DNA of 64,000 nucleotides, taken from NCBI RefSeq assembly GCF_009914755.1, contig NC_060939.1; one strand, written 5' to 3'. This document shows positions 26,101-40,900 of this stretch, piece by piece; positions within the stretch are counted from its first letter, which is position 1; the number at the start of each line of letters is the position of its first letter. The position numbers and the translations under genes are program-made. The notes beneath the pieces were generated by a model that saw only the letters and a program-made list of their open reading frames with translations, had not been told where the DNA came from and did no database searches. The stretch comes from the human T2T-CHM13v2.0 reference genome, Homo sapiens.

Positions 26101-28950
26101 CGGTTCAATTCCATTCCATTCCATTCCCTTCCATTCCATTCCAGTTGATATCAATCCATTCGATTCCATTCCATTCGATCACATTCCATTCGAGTCCATT
26201 CCATTCGATGCCATTCCATTTGATTCTATTCCATTAGTCTCCATTCAATTCCATTAATCTCCATTCCATTCCATTCTACTCCAACTGATTCCATTCCATT
26301 CTATTCCTTTTTATTCCATTTCATTCCATTCCATTCCATTCCATTCCATTCCATTCGTGTCCATTCCACTCCAGTCCATTCCATTCGTATCCATTCCATT
26401 CCAGTCCATTCCATTTGTGTCCACTGCATTCCATTCCACTCCATTCCATATTATTCCATTACACTCCATTCCATTCTATTACTTTCATTTCCATTCAATT
26501 CCATTCCATTTGATTCCATTCCACTCGGTTTCATTCCATTTGAGTCCACTCCATTCCATTCCATTCCATTCAGTTCCATTCCATTCTGTTCCATTCCATT
26601 CCGTTCCATTACATTGCATTCCATTCGGTACCATTCCATATTGTTCCATTCGATTCCATTCGAATCCATTCCATTCCAGTCCATTCCATTCGATTCCATT
26701 CCATTCATTTCAATTCCATTCCATTCCATTCCATTACATTCCACTTGATTCCTCTCCATTCCCTTCCACTGCATTCCGTTCGATTCCATTCCATTGCATT
26801 GCATTCCATTCCATTGGATTGCATTCCATTCGATTCCATTCCATTCGAATCAATTACATAGCAATCCATTACATTCGAGTCTATTCTCTTCCGTTCCATT
26901 CGATTTCGTTCCAATCCATTCGATTCCATTCCATTCGATTCCATTCCATACTATTGCATTCCATTCGATTACATTATATTCGAATAAGTTCCATTCAAGA
27001 CCATTTCTTTTGAGTCCATTCTATTTGAGTCCATTCCCTTTGATTCCATAACATTTGAGTCCATTCAATTCCATTCCTTTCGTTTCCATTCCATTTGATG
27101 CCATTCCATTCAATTCTGTTCTACTCGACTCCAATACATTCAATTCCATTCCATCCGATTCCATTACATTCTTTTCATTTCTTATCCATTTCAAGCCATT
27201 CCACTCCATTCCATTCCACTCGTTTCCTTTCCATTCGAGTCCATTCCTCTCCAGTCCATTCCGTTCAATCCATTCCATTCCAGTCCATTCCATTCGAGTC
27301 CGTTCCATTCCAGTCCATTCCATTCGAGTCAATTCCATTCCATTCGATGTCTTTCCATAACGATCCATTCCATTCTATTCCTTTCGATTCCATTCCATTC
27401 TATTTCATTCCATTCGATTCCCTTCCATTGGACTCCTTTCCATTCGAGAGCATTCCATTCCGTTCCATTTCTTTCCGTTCTGTACGATTCCTACCGTTCG
27501 ATTTCATTTTGTTCCAGTCCATTCCTTTCGCGTCCATTCCATTCCATTTCACTCCATTCGATTCCATTCCACTCGATTCCACTTCGTTCCATTTCATTGC
27601 ATTCCATTCTATTCAACTCTATTGCCTTCCATTCCATTCCATTCGATTACATTCTATGCGATTCCATTCGAAATCGAATCAATTACATTGCAAACCATTA
27701 CTATTGAGTCCGTTTTATTCCAGTCCACTGCATTCTGGTCCATTCCATTTGATTCCATTCCATTCTATTCCATTCCATACAGTTGCATTCCATTGGATTC
27801 CATGCTATATCTATAAATTCAATTCGAGACCATTGCTTTTGAGTCCATTCTATATGATTCCATTCCATTCAAGTCCATTACATTTGGTTCAATTCCATTC
27901 CATTCCATTCCGTTTCATTCCATTCCATTTGATATCAATCCATTCGATTCCATTCCATTCGAGCACATTCCATTCGAGTCCATTCCATTCGATGCCATTC
28001 CATTTGATTCTATTCCATTAGTCTCCATTCAATTCCATTAATCTCCATTCCATTCCATTCTACTCCAACTGATTCCATTCCATTCTATTCCTTTCCATTC
28101 CATTTCATTCCATTCCATTCCATTCCATTCCATTCCATTCCATTCGTGTCCATTCCACTCCAGTCCATTCCATTCGTGTCCATTCCATTCCAGTCCATTC
28201 CATTTGTGTCCACTGCATTCCATTCCACTACATTCCATATTATTCCATTACACTCCATTCCATTCTATTACTTTCATTTCCATTCAATTCCATTCCATTT
28301 GATTCCATTCCACTCGGTTTCATTCCATTTGAGTCCAGTCCATTCCATTCCATTCCATTCCATTCAGTTCCATTCCATTCCGTTCCATTACATTCCATTC
28401 CATTCGGTACCATTCCATATTGTTCCATTCGATTCCATTCGAATCCATTCCATTGCAGTCCATTCCATTCGATTCCATTCCATTCATTTCAATTCCATTC
28501 CATTCCATTCCATTCCATTCCACTTGATTCCTCTCCATTCCCTTCCACTGCATTCCGTTCGATTCCATTCCATTGCATTGCATTCCATTCCATTGGATTG
28601 CATTCCATTCGATTCCATTCCATTCGAATCAATTACATAGCAATCCATTACATTCGAGTCTATTCTCTTCCGTTCCATTCGATTTCGTTCCAATCCATTC
28701 GATTCCATTCCATTCGATTCCATTCCATACTATTGCATTCCATTCGATTACATTATATTCGAATAAGTTCCATTCAAGACCATTTCTTTTGAGTCCATTC
28801 TATTTGAGTCCATTCCCTTTGATTCCATAACATTTGAGTCCATTCAATTCCATTCCTTTCGTTTCCATTCCATTTGATGCCATTCCATTCAATTCTGTTC
28901 TACTCGACTCCAATACATTCAATTCCATTCCATCCGATTCCATTACATTC
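14165..28950 (+). repeat. 4-monomer higher-order repeat, two tandem copies (period 7,149 bp = 1773+1793+1804+1779)
   Basis: All anchors and ORFs recur at +7149 with identical translations. Private EcoRI sites are at 15760/22909 and private XhoI sites at 18340/25489. Confidence 0.95.
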
Positions 28951-31900
28951 TTTCCATTTCTTATCCATTTCAAGCCATTCCACTCCATTCCATTCCACTC
29001 GTTTCCTTTCCATTCGAGTCCATTCCTCTCCAGTCCATTCCGTTCAATCCATTCCATTCCAGTCCATTCCATTCGAGTCCGTTCCATTCCAGTCCATTCC
29101 ATTCGAGTCAATTCCATTCCATTCGATGTCTTTCCATAACGATCCATTCCATTCTATTCCTTTCGATTCCATTCCATTCTATTTCATTCCATTCGATTCC
29201 CTTCCATTGGACTCCTTTCCATTCGAGTGCATTCCATTCCGTTCCATTTCTTTCCGTTCTGTACGATTCCTACCGTTCGATTTCATTTTCTTCCAGTCCA
29301 TTCTTTCGCGTCCATTCCATTCCATTTCACTCCATTCGATTCCATTCCACTCGATTCCACTTCGTTCCATTTCATTGCATTCCATTCTATTCAACTCTAT
29401 TGCCTTCCATTCCATTCCATTCGATTACATTCCATGCGATTCCATTCGAAATCGAATCAATTACATTGCAATCCATTACTATTGAGTCCGTTTTATTCCA
29501 GTCCACTGCATTCTGGTCCATTCCATTTGATTCCATTCCATTCTATTCCATTCCATACAGTTGCATTCCATTGGATTCCATGCTATATCTATAAATTCAA
29601 TTCGAGACCATTGCTTTTGAGTCCATTCTATATGATTCCATTCCATTCAAGTCCATTACATTTGGTTAAATTCCATTCCATTCGGTTCAATTCCATTCCA
29701 TTCCATTCCCTTCCATTCCATTCCAGTTGATATCAATCCATTCGATTCCATTCCATTCGAGCACATTCCATTCGAGTCCATTCCATTCGATGCCATTCCA
29801 TTTGAATCTATTCCATTAGTCTCCATTCAATTCCATTAATCTCCATTCCATTCCATTCTACTCCAACTGATTCCATTCCATTCTATTCCTTTCCATTCCA
29901 TTTCATTCCATTCCATTCCATTCCATTCCATTCCATTCCATTCCATTCCATTCGTGTCCATTCCACTCCAGTCCATTCCATTCGTATCCATTCCATTCCA
30001 GTCCATTCCATTTGTGTCCACTGCATTCCATTCCACTCCATTCCATATTATTCCATTACACTCCATTCCATTCTATTACTTTCATTTCCATTCAATTCCA
30101 TTCCATTTGATTCCATTCCACTCGGTTTCATTCCATTTGAGTCCACTCCATTCCATTCCATTCCATTCAGTTCCATTCCATTCTGTTCCATTCCATTCCG
30201 TTCCATTACATTCCATTCCATTCGGTACCATTCCATATTGTTCCATTCGATTCCATTCGAATCCATTCCATTCCAGTCCATTCCATTCGATTCCATTCCA
30301 TTCATTTCAATTCCATTCCATTCCATTACATTACATTCCACTTGATTCCTCTCCATTCCCTTCCACTGCATTCCGTTCGATTCCATTCCATTGCATTGCA
30401 TTCCATTCCATTGGATTGCATTCCATTCGATTCCATTCCATTCGAATCAATTACATAGCAATCCATTACATTCGAGTCTATTCTCTTCCGTTCCATTCGA
30501 TTTCGTTCCAATCCATTCGATTCCATTCCATTCGATTCCATTCCATACTATTGCATTCCATTCGATTACATTATATTCGAATAAGTTCCATTCAAGACCA
30601 TTTCTTTTGAGTCCATTCTATTTGAGTCCATTCCCTTTGATTCCATAACATTTGAGTCCATTCAATTCCATTCCTTTCGTTTCCATTCCATTTGATGCCA
30701 TTCCATTCAATTCTGTTCTACTCGACTCCAATACATTCAATTCCATTCCATCCGATTCCATTACATTCTTTTCATTTCTTATCCATTTCAAGCCATTCCA
30801 CTCCATTCCATTCCACTCGTTTCCTTTCCATTCGAGTCCATTCCTCTCCAGTCCATTCCGTTCAATCCATTCCATTCCAGTCCATTCCATTCGAGTCCGT
30901 TCCATTCCAGTCCATTCCATTCGAGTCAATTCCATCCCATTCGATGTCTTTCCATAACGATCCATTCCATTCTATTCCTTTCGATTCCATTCCATTCTAT
31001 TTCATTCCATTCGATTCCCTTCCATTGGACTCCTTTCCATTCGAGTGCATTCCATTCCGTTCCATTTCTTTCCGTTCTGTACGATTCCTACCGTTCGATT
31101 TCATTTTGTTCCAGTCCATTCTTTCGCGTCCATTCCATTCCATTTCACTCCATTCGATTCCATTCCACTCGATTCCACTTCGTTCCATTTCATTGCATTC
31201 CATTCTATTCAACTCTATTGCCTTCCATTCCATTCCATTCGATTACATTCCATGCGATTCCATTCGAAATCGAATCAATTACATTGCAATCCATTACTAT
31301 TGAGTCCGTTTTATTCCAGTCCACTGCATTCTGGTCCATTCCATTTGATTCCATTCCATTCTATTCCATTCCATACAGTTGCATTCCATTGGATTCCATG
31401 CTATATCTATAAATTCAATTCGAGACCATTGCTTTTGAGTCCATTCTATATGATTCCATTCCATTCAAGTCCATTACATTTGGTTAAATTCCATTCCATT
31501 CGGTTCAATTCCATTCCATTCCATTCCCTTCCATTCCATTCCAGTTGATATCAATCCATTCGATTCCATTCCATTCGAGCACATTCCATTCGAGTCCATT
31601 CCATTCGATGCCAATCCATTTGATTCTATTCCATTAGTCTCCATTCAATTCCATTAATCTCCATTCCATTCCATTCTACTCCAACTGATTCCATTCCATT
31701 CTATTCCTTTCCATTCTATTTCATTCCATTCCATTCCATTCCATTCCATTCCATTCGTGTCCATTCCACTCCAGTCCATTCCATTCGTATCCATTCCATT
31801 CCAGTCCATTCCATTTGTGTCCACTGCATTCCATTCCACTCCATTCCATATTATTCCATTACACTCCATTCCATTCTATTACTTTCATTTCCATTCAATT

Positions 31901-34900
31901 CCATTCCATTTGATTCCATTCCACTCGGTTTCATTCCATTTGAGTCCACTCCATTCCATTCCATTCCATTCAGTTCCATTCCATTCTGTTCCATTCCATT
32001 CCGTTCCATTACATTCCATTCCATTCGGTACCATTCCATATTGTTCCATTCGATTCCATTCGAATCCATTCCATTCCAGTCCATTCCATTCGATTCCATT
32101 CCATTCATTTCAATTCCATTCCATTCCATTCCATTACATTCCACTTGATTCCTCTCCATTCCCTTCCACTGCATTCCGTTCGATTCCATTCCATTGCATT
32201 GCATTCCATTCCATTGGATTGCATTCCATTCGATTCCATTCCATTCGAATCAATTACATAGCAATCCATTACATTCGAGTCTATTCTCTTCCGTTCCATT
32301 CGATTTCGTTCCAATCCATTCGATTCCATTCCATTCGATTCCATTCCATACTATTGCATTCCATTCGATTACATTACATTCGAATAAGTTCCATTCAAGA
32401 CCATTTCTTTTGAGTCCATTCTATTTGAGTCCATTCCCTTTGATTCCATAACATTTGAGTCCATTCAATTCCATTCCTTTCGTTTCCATTCCATTTGATG
32501 CCATTCCATTCAATTCTGTTCTACTCGACTCCAATACATTCAATTCCATTCCATCCGATTCCATTACATTCTTTTCATTTCTTATCCATTTCAAGCCATT
32601 CCACTCCATTCCATTCCACTCGTTTCCTTTCCATTCGAGTCCATTCCTCTCCAGTCCATTCCGTTCAATCCATTCCATTCCAGTCCATTCCATTCGAGTC
32701 CGTTCTATTCCAGTCCATTCCATTCGAGTCAATTCCATTCCATTCGATGTCTTTCCATAACGATCCATTCCATTCTATTCCTTTCGATTCCATTCCATTC
32801 TATTTCATTCCATTCGATTCCCTTCCATTGGACTCCTTTCCATTCGAGTGCATTCCATTCCGTTCCATTTCTTTCCGTTCTGTACGATTCCTACCGTTCG
32901 ATTTCATTTTGTTCCAGTCCATTCCTTTCGCGTCCATTCCATTCCATTTCACTCCATTCGATTCCATTCCACTCGATTCCACTTCGTTCCATTTCATTGC
33001 ATTCCATTCTATTCAACTCTATTGCCTTCCATTCCATTCCATTCGATTACATTCCATGCGATTCCATTCGAAATCGAATCAATTACATTGCAAACCATTA
33101 CTATTGAGTCCGTTTTATTCCAGTCCACTGCATTCTGGTCCATTCCATTTGATTCCATTCCATTCTATTCCATTCCATACAGTTGCATTCCATTGGATTC
33201 CATGCTATATCTATAAATTCAATTCGAGACCATTGCTTTTGAGTCCATTCTATATGATTCCATTCCATTCAAGTCCATTACATTTGGTTAAATTCCATTC
33301 CATTCGGTTCAATTCCATTCCATTCCATTCCCTTCCATTCCATTCCAGTTGATATCAATCCATTCGATTCCATTCCATTCGAGCACATTCCATTCGAGTC
33401 CATTCCATTCGATGCCATTCCATTTGATTCTATTCCATTAGTCTCCATTCAATTCCATTAATCTCCATTCCATTCCATTCTACTCCAACTGATTCCATTC
33501 CATTCTATTCCTTTCCATTCCATTTCATTCCATTCCATTCCATTCCATTCCATTCCATTCGTGTCCATTCCACTCCAGTCCATTCCATTCGTATCCATTC
33601 CATTCCAGTCCATTCCATTTGTGTCCACTGCATTCCATTCCACTCCATTCCATATTATTCCATTACACTCCATTCCATTCTATTACTTTCATTTCCATTC
33701 AATTCCATTCCATTTGATTCCATTCCACTCAGTTTCATTCCATTTGAGTCCACTCCATTCCATTCCATTCCATTCAGTTCCATTCCATTCTGTTCCATTC
33801 CATTCCGTTCCATTACATTCCATTCCATTCGGTACCATTCCATATTGTTCCATTCGATTCCATTCGAATCCATTCCATTCCAGTCCATTCCATTCGATTC
33901 CATTCCATTCATTTCAATTCCATTCCATTCCATTCCATTCCATTACATTCCACTTGATTCCTCTCCATTCCCTTCCACTGCATTCCGTTCGATTCCATTC
34001 CATTGCATTGCATTCCATTCCATTGGATTGCATTCCATTCGATTCCATTCCATTCGAATCAATTACATAGCAATCCATTACATTCGAGTCTATTCTCTTC
34101 CGTTCCATTCGATTTCGTTCCAATCCATTCGATTCCATTCCATTCGATTCCATTCCATACTATTGCATTCCATTCGATTACATTATATTCGAATAAGTTC
34201 CATTCAAGACCATTTCTTTTGAGTCCATTCTATTTGAGTCCATTCCCTTTGATTCCATAACATTTGAGTCCATTCAATTCCATTCCTTTCGTTTCCATTC
34301 CATTTGATGCCATTCCATTTAATTCTGTTCTACTCGACTCCAATACATTCAATTCCATTCCATCCGATTCCATTACATTCTTTTCATTTCTTATCCATTT
34401 CAAGCCATTCCACTCCATTCCATTCCACTCGTTTCCTTTCCATTCGAGTCCATTCCTCTCCAGTCCATTCCGTTCAATCCATTCCATTCCAGTCCATTCC
34501 ATTCGAGTCCGTTCCATTCCAGTCCATTCCATTCGAGTCAATTCCATTCCATTCGGTGTCTTTCCATAACGATCCATTCCATTCTATTCCTTTCGATTCC
34601 ATTCCATTCTATTTCATTCCATTCGATTCCCTTCCATTGGACTCCTTTCCATTCGAGTGCATTCCATTCCGTTCCATTTCTTTCCGTTCTGTACGATTCC
34701 TACCGTTCGATTTCATTTTGTTCCAGTCCATTCTTTCGCGTCCATTCCATTCCATTTCACTCCATTCGATTCCATTCCACTCGATTCCACTTCGTTCCAT
34801 TTCATTGCATTCCATTCTATTCAACTCTATTGCCTTCCATTCCATTCCATTCGATTACATTCCATGCGATTCCATTCGAAATCGAATCAATTACATTGCA

Positions 34901-37900
34901 ATCCATTACTATTGAGTCCGTTTTATTCCAGTCCACTGCATTCTGGTCCATTCCATTTGATTGCATTCCATTCTATTCCATTCTATACAGTTGCATTCCA
35001 TTGGATTCCATGCTATATCTATAAATTCAATTCGAGACCATTGCTTTTGAGTCCATTCTATATGATTCCATTCCATTCAAGTCCATTACATTTGGTTAAA
35101 TTCCATTCCATTCCATTCCCTTCCATTCCATTCCAGTTGATATCAATCCATTCGATTCCATTCCATTCGAGCACATTCCATTCGAGTCCATTCCATTCGA
35201 TGCCATTCCATTTGATTCTATTCCATTAGTCTCCATTCAATTCCATTAATCTCCATTCCATTCCATTCTACTCCAACTGATTCCATTCCATTCTATTCCT
35301 TTCCATTCCATTTCATTCCATTCCATTCCATTCCATTCCATTCCATTCCATTCGTGTCCATTCCACTCCAGTCCATTCCATTCGTATCCATTCCATTCCA
35401 GTCCATTCCATTTGTGTCCACTGCATTCCATTCCACTCCATTCCATATTATTCCATTACACTCCATTCCATTCTATTACTTTCATTTCCATTCAATTCCA
35501 TTCCATTTGATTCCATTCCACTCGGTTTCATTCCATTTGAGTCCACTCCATTCCATTCCATTCCATTCAGTTCCATTCCATTCTGTTCCATTCCATTCCG
35601 TTCCATTACATTCCATTCCATTCGGTACCATTCCATATTGTTCCATTCGATTCCATTCGAATCCATTCCATTCCAGTCCATTCCATTCGATTCCATTCCA
35701 TTCATTTCAATTCCATTCCATTCCATTCCATTACATTCCACTTGATTCCTCTCCATTCCCTTCCACTGCATTCCGTTCGATTCCATTCCATTGCATTGCA
35801 TTCCATTCCATTGGATTGCATTCCATTCGATTCCATTCCATTCGAATCAATTACATAGCAATCCATTACATTCGAGTCTATTCTCTTCCGTTCCATTCGA
35901 TTTCGTTCCAATCCATTCGATTCCATTCCATTCGATTCCATTCCATACTATTGCATTCCATTCGATTACATTATATTCGAATAAGTTCCATTCAAGACCA
36001 TTTCTTTTGAGTCCATTCTATTTGAGTCCATTCCCTTTGATTCCATAACATTTGAGTCCATTCAATTCCATTCCTTTCGTTTCCATTCCATTTGATGCCA
36101 TTCCATTCAATTCTGTTCTACTCGACTCCAATACATTCAATTCCATTCCATCCGATTCCATTACATTCTTTTCATTTCTTATCCATTTCAAGCCATTCCA
36201 CTCCATTCCATTCCACTCGTTTCCTTTCCATTCGAGTCCATTCCTCTCCAGTCCATTCCGTTCAATCCATTCCATTCCAGTCCATTCCATTCGAGTCCGT
36301 TCTATTCCAGTCCATTCCATTCGAGTCAATTCCATTCCATTCGATGTCTTTCCATAACGATCCATTCCATTCTATTCCTTTCGATTCCATTCCATTCTAT
36401 TTCATTCCATTCGATTCCCTTCCATTGGACTCCTTTCCATTCGAGTGCATTCCATTCCGTTCCATTTCTTTCCGTTCTGTACGATTCCTACCGTTCGATT
36501 TCATTTTGTTCCAGTCCATTCCTTTCGCGTCCATTCCATTCCATTTCACTCCATTCGATTCCATTCCACTCGATTCCACTTCGTTCCATTTCATTGCATT
36601 CCATTCTATTCAACTCTATTGCCTTCCATTCCATTCCATTCGATTACATTCCATGCGATTCCATTCGAAATCGAATCAATTACATTGCAAACCATTACTA
36701 TTGTGTCCGTTTTATTCCAGTCCACTGCATTCTGGTCCATTCCATTTGATTCCATTCCATTCTATTCCATTCCATACAGTTGCATTCCATTGGATTCCAT
36801 GCTATATCTATAAATTCAATTCGAGACCATTGCTTTTGAGTCCATTCTATATGATTCCATTCCATTCAAGTCCATTACATTTGGTTAAATTCCATTCCAT
36901 TCGGTTCAATTCCATTCCATTCCATTCCCTTCCATTCCATTCCAGTTGATATCAATCCATTCGATTCCATTCCATTCGAGCACATTCCATTCGAGTCCAT
37001 TCCATTCGATGCCATTCCATTTGATTCTATTCCATTAGTCTCCATTCAATTCCATTAATCTCCATTCCATTCCATTCTACTCCAACTGATTCCATTCCAT
37101 TCTATTCCTTTCCATTCCATTCCATTCCATTCCATTCCATTCCATTCCATTCGTGTCCATTCCACTCCAGTCCATTCCATTCGTATCCATTCCATTCCAG
37201 TCCATTCCATTTGTGTCCACTGCATTCCATTCCACTCCATTCCATATTATTCCATTACACTCCATTCCATTCTATTACTTTCATTTCCATTCAATTCCAT
37301 TCCATTTGATTCCATTCCACTCGGTTTCATTCCATTTGAGTCCACTCCATTCCATTCCATTCCATTCAGTTCCATTCCATTCTGTTCCATTCCATTCCGT
37401 TCCATTACATTCCATTCCATTCGGTACCATTCCATATTGTTCCATTCGATTCCATTCGAATCCATTCCATTCCAGTCCATTCCATTCGATTCCATTCCAT
37501 TCATTTCAATTCCATTCCATTCCATTCCATTACATTCCACTTGATTCCTCTCCATTCCCTTCCACTGCATTCCGTTCGATTCCATTCCATTGCATTGCAT
37601 TCCATTCCATTGGATTGCATTCCATTCGATTCCATTCCATTCGTATCAATTACATAGCAATCCATTACATTCGAGTCTATTCTCTTCCGTTCCATTCGAT
37701 TTCGTTCCAATCCATTCGATTCCATTCCATTCGATTCCATTCCATACTATTGCATTCCATTCGATTACATTATATTCGAATAAGTTCCATTCAAGACCAT
37801 TTCTTTTGAGTCCATTCTATTTGAGTCCATTCCCTTTGATTCCATAACATTTGAGTCCATTCAATTCCATTCCTTTCGTTTCCATTCCATTTGATGCCAT

Positions 37901-40900
37901 TCCATTCAATTCTGTTCTACTCGACTCCAATACATTCAATTCCATTCCATCCGATTCCATTACATTCTTTTCATTTCTTATCCATTTCAAGCCATTCCAC
38001 TCCATTCCATTCCACTCGTTTCCTTTCCATTCGAGTCCATTCCTCTCCAGTCCATTCCGTTCAATCCATTCCATTCCAGTCCATTCCATTCGAGTCCGTT
38101 CCATTCCAGTCCATTCCATTCGAGTCAATTCCATTCCATTCGATGTCTTTCCATAACGATCCATTCCATTCTATTCCTTTCGATTCCATTCCATTCTATT
38201 TCATTCCATTCGATTCCCTTCCATTGGACTCCTTTCCATTCGAGTGCATTCCATTCCGTTCCATTTCTTTCCATTCTGTACGATTCCTACCGTTCGATTT
38301 CATTTTGTTCCAGTTCATTCTTTCGCGTCCATTCCATTCCATTTCACTCCATTCGATTCCATTCCACTCGATTCCACTTCGTTCCATTTCATTGCATTCC
38401 ATTCTATTCAACTCTATTGCCTTCCATTCCATTCCATTCGATTACATTCCATGCGATTCCATTCGAAATCGAATCAATTACATTGCAATCCATTACTATT
38501 GAGTCCGTTTTATTCCAGTCCACTGCATTCTGGTCCATTCCATTTGATTCCATTCCATTCTATTCCATTCCATACAGTTGCATTCCATTGGATTCCTTGC
38601 TATATCTATAAATTCAATTCGAGACCATTGCTTTTGAGTCCATTCTATATGATTCCATTCCATTCAAGTCCATTACATTTGGTTAAATTCCATTCCATTC
38701 GGTTCAATTCCATTCCATTCCATTCCCTTCCATTCCATTCCAGTTGATATCAATCCATTCGATTCCATTCCATTCGAGCACATTCCATTCGAGTCCATTC
38801 CATTCGATGCCATTCCATTTGATTCTATTCCATTAGTCTCCATTCAATTCCATTAATCTCCATTCCATTCCATTCTACTCCAACTGATTCCATTCCATTC
38901 TATTCCTTTCCATTCCATTTCATTCCATTCCATTCCATTCCATTCCATTCCATTCCATTCGTGTCCATTCCACTCCAGTCCATTCCATTCGTATCCATTC
39001 CATTCCAGTCCATTCCATTTGTGTCCACTGCATTCCATTCCACTCCATTCCATATTATTCCATTACACTCCATTCCATTCTATTACTTTCATTTCCATTC
39101 AATTCCATTCCATTTGATTCCATTCCACTCGGTTTCATTCCATTTGAGTCCACTCCATTCCATTCCATTCCATTCAGTTCCATTCCATTCTGTTCCATTC
39201 CATTCCGTTCCATTACATTCCATTCCATTCGGTACCATTCCATATTGTTCCATTCGATTCCATTCGAATCCATTCCATTCCAGTCCATTCCATTCGATTC
39301 CATTCCATTCATTTCAATTCCATTCCATTCCATTACATTACATTCCACTTGATTCCTCTCCATTCCCTTCCACTGCATTCCGTTCGATTCCATTCCATTG
39401 CATTGCATTCCATTCCATTGGATTGCATTCCATTCGATTCCATTCCATTCGAATCAATTACATAGCAATCCATTACATTCGAGTCTATTCTCTTCCGTTC
39501 CATTCGATTTCGTTCCAATCCATTCGAATCCATTCCATTCGATTCCATTCCATACTATTGCATTCCATTCGATTACATTATATTCGAATAAGTTCCATTC
39601 AAGACCATTTCTTTTGAGTCCATTCTATTTGAGTCCATTCCCTTTGATTCCATAACATTTGAGTCCATTCAATTCCATTCCTTTCGTTTCCATTCCATTT
39701 GATGCCATTCCATTCAATTCTGTTCTACTCGACTCCAATACATTCAATTCCATTCCATCCGATTCCATTACATTCTTTTCATTCCTTATCCATTTCAAGC
39801 CATTCCACTCCATTCCATTCCACTCGTTTCCTTTCCATTCGAGTCCATTCCTCTCCAGTCCATTCCGTTCAATCCATTCCATTCCAGTCCATTCCATTCG
39901 AGTCCGTTCCATTCCAGTCCATTCCATTCGAGTCAATTCCATTCCATTCGATGTCTTTCCATAACGATCCATTCCATTCTATTCCTTTCGATTCCATTCC
40001 ATTCTATTTCATTCCATTCGATTCCCTTCCATTGGACTCCTTTCCATTCGAGTGCATTCCATTCCGTTCCATTTCTTTCCGTTCTGTACGATTCCTACCG
40101 TTCGATTTCATTTTGTTCCAGTCCATTCTTTCGCGTCCATTCATTCCATTTCACTCCATTCGATTCCATTCCACTCGATTCCACTTCGTTCCATTTCATT
40201 GCATTCCATTCTATTCAACTCTATTGCCTTCCATTCCATTCCATTCGATTACATTCCATGCGATTCCATTCGAAATCGAATCAATTACATTGCAATCCAT
40301 TACTATTGAGTCCGTTTTATTCCAGTCCACTGCATTCTGGTCCATTCCATTTGATTCCATTCCATTCTATTCCATTCCATACAGTTGCATTCCATTGGAT
40401 TCCATGCTATATCTATAAATTCAATTCGAGACCACTGCTTTTGAGTCCATTCTATATGATTCCATTCCATTCAAGTCCATTACATTTGGTTAAATTCCAT
40501 TCCATTCGGTTCAATTCCATTCCATTCCATTCCCTTCCATTCCATTCCAGTTGATATCAATCCATTCGATTCCATTCCATTCGAGCACATTCCATTCGAG
40601 TCCATTCCATTCGATGCCATTCCATTTGATTCTATTCCATTAGTCTCCATTCAATTCCATTAATCTCCATTCCATTCCATTCTACTCCAACTGATTCCAT
40701 TCCATTCTATTCCTTTTTATTCCATTTCATTCCATTGCATTCCATTCCATTCCATTCCATTCGTGTCCATTCCACTCCAGTCCATTCCATTCGTATCCAT
40801 TCCATTCCAGTCCATTCCATTTGTGTCCACTGCATTCCATTCCACTCCATTCCATATTATTCCATTACACTCCATTCCATTCTATTACTTTCATTTCCAT

